IMG/VR virus record: IMGVR_UViG_3300032282_002939 | Coordinates: 53,899 to 73,898 of that record | Source of the DNA: an uncultured virus (IMG/VR IMGVR_UViG_3300032282_002939) | Lineage: Duplodnaviria > Heunggongvirae > Uroviricota > Caudoviricetes | Direction: 5' to 3' (one strand) | DNA: 20,000 bases | The notes under the pieces: generated by a model | What the model was told of the DNA's origin: nothing | The model's database searches: none | The model's input: only the letters and a program-made list of their open reading frames with translations | Shown here: positions 15,459-20,000 of the stretch, one piece after another | Numbering within the stretch: the first letter of the stretch is position 1 | Layout of the letters: the number at the start of each line of letters is the position of its first letter | Translations under genes and position numbers: made by a program

Positions 15459-18400
15459 TTAAATCTGCAAACAAATTGCTCTCACATCATTTAGTCTTGG
15501 AACTTTAGCGGCATTAGATGAAAGAAGAACAATCTTCAGAGCAACTTCTTTATAACCAATAAATCTAGAATTGGCACTGTTTCTATATTCAACAATACCG
15601 TCATTCCCCGGAGATGAAAACACATAGTAAATAGCGGCTGAATTTGAAGCAGTTAAGTCGCTCATACCTTTATCAACAGTCAAAGAAGTATCACTTGCAA
15701 TATTTGTTATTGTTCTTATTGCTGTATAGTTAGAAGAAACTATTTTAATAGTGTCTCCGACAACAAAATTAGTTTTGAATGCTGTTCCAGTTCCAGTAAT
15801 AGTTTGAGATGTATTGGCAATACTAATTGTTCCTGCCAAAGCATTATATGTGTCAACACCTGTATTTGCAAAAGCTCCCTGTGCAACAGAATTGCTTGAA
15901 GGCATATTAAATTCATATTCAATAAAATCATTCACATCAGTTGGTGAGCTATATTTTGTATCACTATCGTTACTGTATTCCAGAACAGACCATACTTTAT
16001 CATCAAATGATTCGGCGTCTTCTTCGTTTCTAAATTTAGCATAAACCTTAATATCAGTGTCGCCGGGTCTATATGCTGTCATATAAACTTTTAAGTCTTC
16101 TGCTTCTTGACCGTCAGCTAAAACCACTCTTTTACTAATATATTTTGAATATGAATTACCATATTTTGTATGTTCATTTGTAACACTGTTATTAATAATA
16201 TTTTGAATATACAAAGAAGCTTTTCTTGTCAAAGACACAACAGGAGATACATAATCAGATTCAGTTGAAAGAGTAATCTGATATCTTGATGATTTTCCTG
16301 TTTGATTTGATTTACTAAGAACTCTTCTTTCTTTGTCTAAGAATTCATATTCATAACCATTAGTGACAGTAATATAACTGGCGTCGTCAATTAATGTTGC
16401 TGATGTTGAGGTTCCTTTATAACCAAAGGAAAGAGATGTTCTTGCTGGTTGAAGAGAACCAAAATTTGGAGCAACAGCATGATATGTCAGATTATCAACT
16501 GTTTGAATTGTGCCATATGCAATCTTATTTGCATCAGTTAGCAATCCTGTATTAGTTGGATCAGAAACTCTGAATATAGCGAAATATGGATTAATTGCAG
16601 TTCCTGCTGTATTAGAAAAACCACCAGTAGAAGAATCTAGGTAAATTTTACCATTTACTTCATCAAAGAATTGAACTCTACCATAATAACTTGTATTTGC
16701 TGAATTTAGTGTTCCATTCGCATAAACATTTGCGCTATAAAGCATATCACCAACTTCAATAGTAACTGAGCTATTTGCTTTATTGAGAGATGTTACACTT
16801 AGATAATCATCATTTTCATTTTCAAAAATAGCTGTTCCTGATGTTGATGAGAATTTAGCTCTATAGATATTGAATTTCAAATCTTCTTTTTGTATAGCTG
16901 TCCAAGTTTTTCTATTCGCTGAAATGAATAAAACACCAGAATAAGGATTTGAAAACACTTGTTCATTTGTAACAACATCAAATCCACCAGTTTCTCCAAC
17001 CCAAACATTGTAATTAGGAGAATTGCCATCTGGTTGAATAACAACAGCATAATCTGTGCTAGTTAACAAATATACAGGATAATCTAGTGTGAATACAGTC
17101 TCAGTAGCAGCAGTCGCGCTTGTATTAATAGAAGATGCTGCTAGATATGATTTACCAATTATTTTTGATGCATCAGGGAAACCATTATTCATTTCAACAA
17201 TGAAAACAGAGCAACCAAGAGAACTGTCTTTTGATTGGAAATAAACACCAATTTGTTTGATGAATACACCAGAAATATCAGAAGGAAGATTTTCAATTCT
17301 AAATGATTGAGAAATTGGATCGTCAGGATTCCAAGCTGGTGCTGGTGGTGGAATTGTTCTGGTTTCTACGTAACTTTCATGTTTCACTGTTGGATTAGTG
17401 ACATTTATAGATGTAGAGCCTTTAGTTACAGAAATATTAGAAGCACTGTAAATAGCCAAGGCTTTTGTAGTTACTGCTGAAACACCAGTAGTTAAATTAT
17501 CAACATTCACAAGTTGAAAATTTCTATCGCCAACTCTGAAAGAAGAAGCGGGAATTTTGAATACACCGCAAATAAATCCATTTGAATCAGAAACTAGTGC
17601 ATCACCAAAGTTTCCTTTTTGTGTTACAATTGAATCTTCTTTACCAAATTCTGGATTTGTTGTTCCTGAAAGAATGCCAGGAGCACAATAAGCATCTACA
17701 TTAGTATCGTCAAAGAAAGCATGAAGTGTAGTGTTTGGTTTTAAATTATATGCGACAAATGAAACCAATCTAGAACGCATATATGGTTGAACAGAAATAT
17801 CTTGTACGTAACTACCTGTATCTATTTTTTGAGATAGCGTATCAAGAGAAATAGTTGTTACTGTTCTTTCTTGTGTAGATGAACTTGTTGTTGTTCTATT
17901 GCGATTTCTAATACTTGTTCCAGAGAATGGTTCAATATTTCCATTTCTATCAACGTGTTGTGTTGTTGAACTTGGGCCAACTGTTCTCCATTCACCATAA
18001 TTAGTGCCCCATGTAATATTTGAGAAGTCTTCCCATGGTGCAGACAAATCTAGATTTACGTTAATATTAGGAGTAACAGTTTCATCTTTAAAATAATCTT
18101 CTCTTGGATAAAGGTCAATTAGACCATTCCATTGCCAGACAGACTCGCATGCATTTCTGTATTTTGTTGCAAATCTTTGAGAAATGTATAATTCAGAACT
18201 ATTGTTTAACATGACAACAGAACCATAATTATTAACACCAGAAGATGTTGTATTAGAGAAAGTCAGATCAACATTGTGTTTTTTGAAATATGATCTTGCA
18301 ACTGTTGCTATTGGATCAATGGCAATTTTATACTCAAAATCGGTAACATCACCCAAGTTATGAGAATTAAATGGATCAGCGAAAATGCCATTTTTAAATC

Positions 18401-20000
18401 TATTCAAACCATTGGCATCAGGAATTGTTAAATCTCTTGCTTGTTGTTCAAGAGTGTTTAACACTGTATAATATTCAACTCTCTTAATACGTTCTTCGAG
18501 AGCACCAATATCTTTCATAGTATAACGACGATTGGTTTTTAGATTAATTTTTGAAGAAATATCACGACGATTATATGCTTCTGCTTCTCTTTGTGTTATT
18601 GAAGGATAAGGAGGAACATAAATTTGTGCTATTGTGCTTTGGTCATTTTCAACAAAAGGAACTCTTGGATTTTGTGAAGGTTCACCTTTTTGAACGACAA
18701 AATTTCCTATAGAGCTTAGTGTTAATAGATCATATCTTGGAAGATAATATTCAAAATCAGCAGTGAAATTGCTATCTGGAGCAAACAAATGTTGACCATT
18801 AACATCAACAGTAAATGTATTTGTTGAGACTGGATTTACTGTTGCGCTGGCAAATGTTGTTGTGCTAATAGCAGTATTTGATTTGATAAATCTTAAATCA
18901 ATCGCATCTCTTAAATCGATACTGTTATAAGATGGTATTTGAACAGTTTGAATGGCGGTTGTATTTGCTGTATTTGCATCATCGATTGGATATGAATTGA
19001 CATTGAAATATCCTAGACCAGATGTTGTATTAGCTACAAAATGATCTAATTCTACTAGAATATAAGAAGAAGAATTAATTTGAGAAGAATAATCTGGTTT
19101 TATATAAAGTTTTGCATGATCATAGTATTCATCTCTTTGGCCATTATCAAAAGTAAACCAATATGAACGCTCTGGATTTGATGTATTAGCAGCTGTACCG
19201 ATATAAACATTTCTTATTTGAGCAACATCAGATAAACCCAAATCCCAAGGACCAACACTTGTTGCTGAATTATTAGAGCAATAGATTGTAACAAAACGAT
19301 TTTTTCTAATTTCTTTTTGTATTGGTGAAGTCACTGTTCTGTAAACTGGATAAGATGCATTCACAGTATTTGAAGCATCAAAAGTGTACCCAGTATTGAA
19401 AACAAATGAAGATGTAGTTGATATTTGAACATTTGATATCGGTAGTGAAGAACCTCCAGTAAAATATCTTTTAAAATTAGAAGATGTGTTTGTAGACCCA
19501 GGAACGGTATCAACAATCATTTGTGTATTTGTAGAAATATTTGTAACACCAACGACCCAAGTATTTCCACCACCCATATCAATTCTTACAAGAGAACCAA
19601 CGGCTAATTGTGTTTGGAATAATGTACTGGTGCCGATAATTGTTGTATTACCAGAATTTACAGCAACAGTTCCAGTTAAATTTGCAGTGTATGTATTAGA
19701 AGCAACAAATACACTAAATCCATCTGTAGAAGAACCAGTTAAGGTTGATCCAGCAGAGTATGGTAATTGATTTGTGCCGCCTGTAGATGCATCAATTGTA
19801 ATTGACACTGCACCAGCAGTTGTTAAAGAACCGCTTTTTATTTGATTGAAAGTAAAATTTGAATCAGAAATTGTTTCAATAGCAGTTATACCGGTGTCAA
19901 AAACAAGGGTTTTTGATGAATCTTTAAGAACTGCTTTATCGTTTTCAAGAACAATATCTGCTCTAGCAGTGTCAGCAACAACTATACTTTTCACATTATC
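15459..20000 (-). CDS. Large virion structural protein, DUF4815/VrlC-like (5' end outside the window)
   Basis: More than 1500 aa, with the frame open to the window edge. Motifs include YYLPRYD, NRRYTMKDIGALEERIKRVEYY, NRFKNGIFADPF, PYMRSR, DPISQSF, W...QKEDLKFNIYRAKF and VPRLNDVRAI. Confidence 0.85.
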   Translation of the reverse strand, partial: DNVKSIVVADTARADIVLENDKAVLKDSSKTLVFDTGITAIETISDSNFTFNQIKSGSLTTAGAVSITIDASTGGTNQLPYSAGSTLTGSSTDGFSVFVASNTYTANLTGTVAVNSGNTTIIGTSTLFQTQLAVGSLVRIDMGGGNTWVVGVTNISTNTQMIVDTVPGSTNTSSNFKRYFTGGSSLPISNVQISTTSSFVFNTGYTFDASNTVNASYPVYRTVTSPIQKEIRKNRFVTIYCSNNSATSVGPWDLGLSDVAQIRNVYIGTAANTSNPERSYWFTFDNGQRDEYYDHAKLYIKPDYSSQINSSSYILVELDHFVANTTSGLGYFNVNSYPIDDANTANTTAIQTVQIPSYNSIDLRDAIDLRFIKSNTAISTTTFASATVNPVSTNTFTVDVNGQHLFAPDSNFTADFEYYLPRYDLLTLSSIGNFVVQKGEPSQNPRVPFVENDQSTIAQIYVPPYPSITQREAEAYNRRDISSKINLKTNRRYTMKDIGALEERIKRVEYYTVLNTLEQQARDLTIPDANGLNRFKNGIFADPFNSHNLGDVTDFEYKIAIDPIATVARSYFKKHNVDLTFSNTTSSGVNNYGSVVMLNNSSELYISQRFATKYRNACESVWQWNGLIDLYPREDYFKDETVTPNINVNLDLSAPWEDFSNITWGTNYGEWRTVGPSSTTQHVDRNGNIEPFSGTSIRNRNRTTTSSSTQERTVTTISLDTLSQKIDTGSYVQDISVQPYMRSRLVSFVAYNLKPNTTLHAFFDDTNVDAYCAPGILSGTTNPEFGKEDSIVTQKGNFGDALVSDSNGFICGVFKIPASSFRVGDRNFQLVNVDNLTTGVSAVTTKALAIYSASNISVTKGSTSINVTNPTVKHESYVETRTIPPPAPAWNPDDPISQSFRIENLPSDISGVFIKQIGVYFQSKDSSLGCSVFIVEMNNGFPDASKIIGKSYLAASSINTSATAATETVFTLDYPVYLLTSTDYAVVIQPDGNSPNYNVWVGETGGFDVVTNEQVFSNPYSGVLFISANRKTWTAIQKEDLKFNIYRAKFSSTSGTAIFENENDDYLSVTSLNKANSSVTIEVGDMLYSANVYANGTLNSANTSYYGRVQFFDEVNGKIYLDSSTGGFSNTAGTAINPYFAIFRVSDPTNTGLLTDANKIAYGTIQTVDNLTYHAVAPNFGSLQPARTSLSFGYKGTSTSATLIDDASYITVTNGYEYEFLDKERRVLSKSNQTGKSSRYQITLSTESDYVSPVVSLTRKASLYIQNIINNSVTNEHTKYGNSYSKYISKRVVLADGQEAEDLKVYMTAYRPGDTDIKVYAKFRNEEDAESFDDKVWSVLEYSNDSDTKYSSPTDVNDFIEYEFNMPSSNSVAQGAFANTGVDTYNALAGTISIANTSQTITGTGTAFKTNFVVGDTIKIVSSNYTAIRTITNIASDTSLTVDKGMSDLTASNSAAIYYVFSSPGNDGIVEYRNSANSRFIGYKEVALKIVLLSSNAAKVPRLNDVRAICLQI

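Noticed and set aside
12300..19770. Plus-strand ORFs such as 12300-12836, 14873-15178 and 19486-19770
   Set aside because: They are antisense to well-supported structural genes and have no recognisable motifs.
19992..19994. GTG start assigned to the 1511-aa ORF
   Set aside because: The frame stays open to the window edge, so the true start is probably upstream.
1..20000. CRISPR array, tRNA or rRNA genes
   Set aside because: The window is almost fully coding with gaps of about 50 nt or less; no repeat-spacer or cloverleaf pattern was seen.

Overview
A 20 kb late-gene segment of a T4-like (myovirus) phage, coded entirely on the minus strand. In transcription order (right to left): the 3' part of a very large DUF4815/VrlC-like virion protein; a cluster of about 15 fibre, adaptor and adhesin genes, including two paralogue triads (three glycine-rich gp38-like proteins and three M[AT]VSIN proteins) and a fibre with a peptidase S74 chaperone; an AT-rich pair (2OG-Fe(II) oxygenase plus an unknown protein); a lysis cassette (GH19 endolysin, 3TM holin, and a 38-aa membrane peptide missed by the ORF track); neck gp13; a free-standing GIY-YIG endonuclease with late-promoter/hairpin control; a protein with a capsid-targeting-like N-terminus; and neck gp14, which appears to start at ATC. 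The most notable signal is an apparently modular fibre system. Recurrent terminal peptides (C-terminal DGGTF, N-terminal QxxR..P..GE.A) may act as docking modules, and perfect 17-22 nt direct repeats at homologous positions could delete, duplicate or shuffle modules. One such repeat pair exactly brackets a 601-aa fibre gene. All family calls come from motif recognition by eye; no database searches were run.
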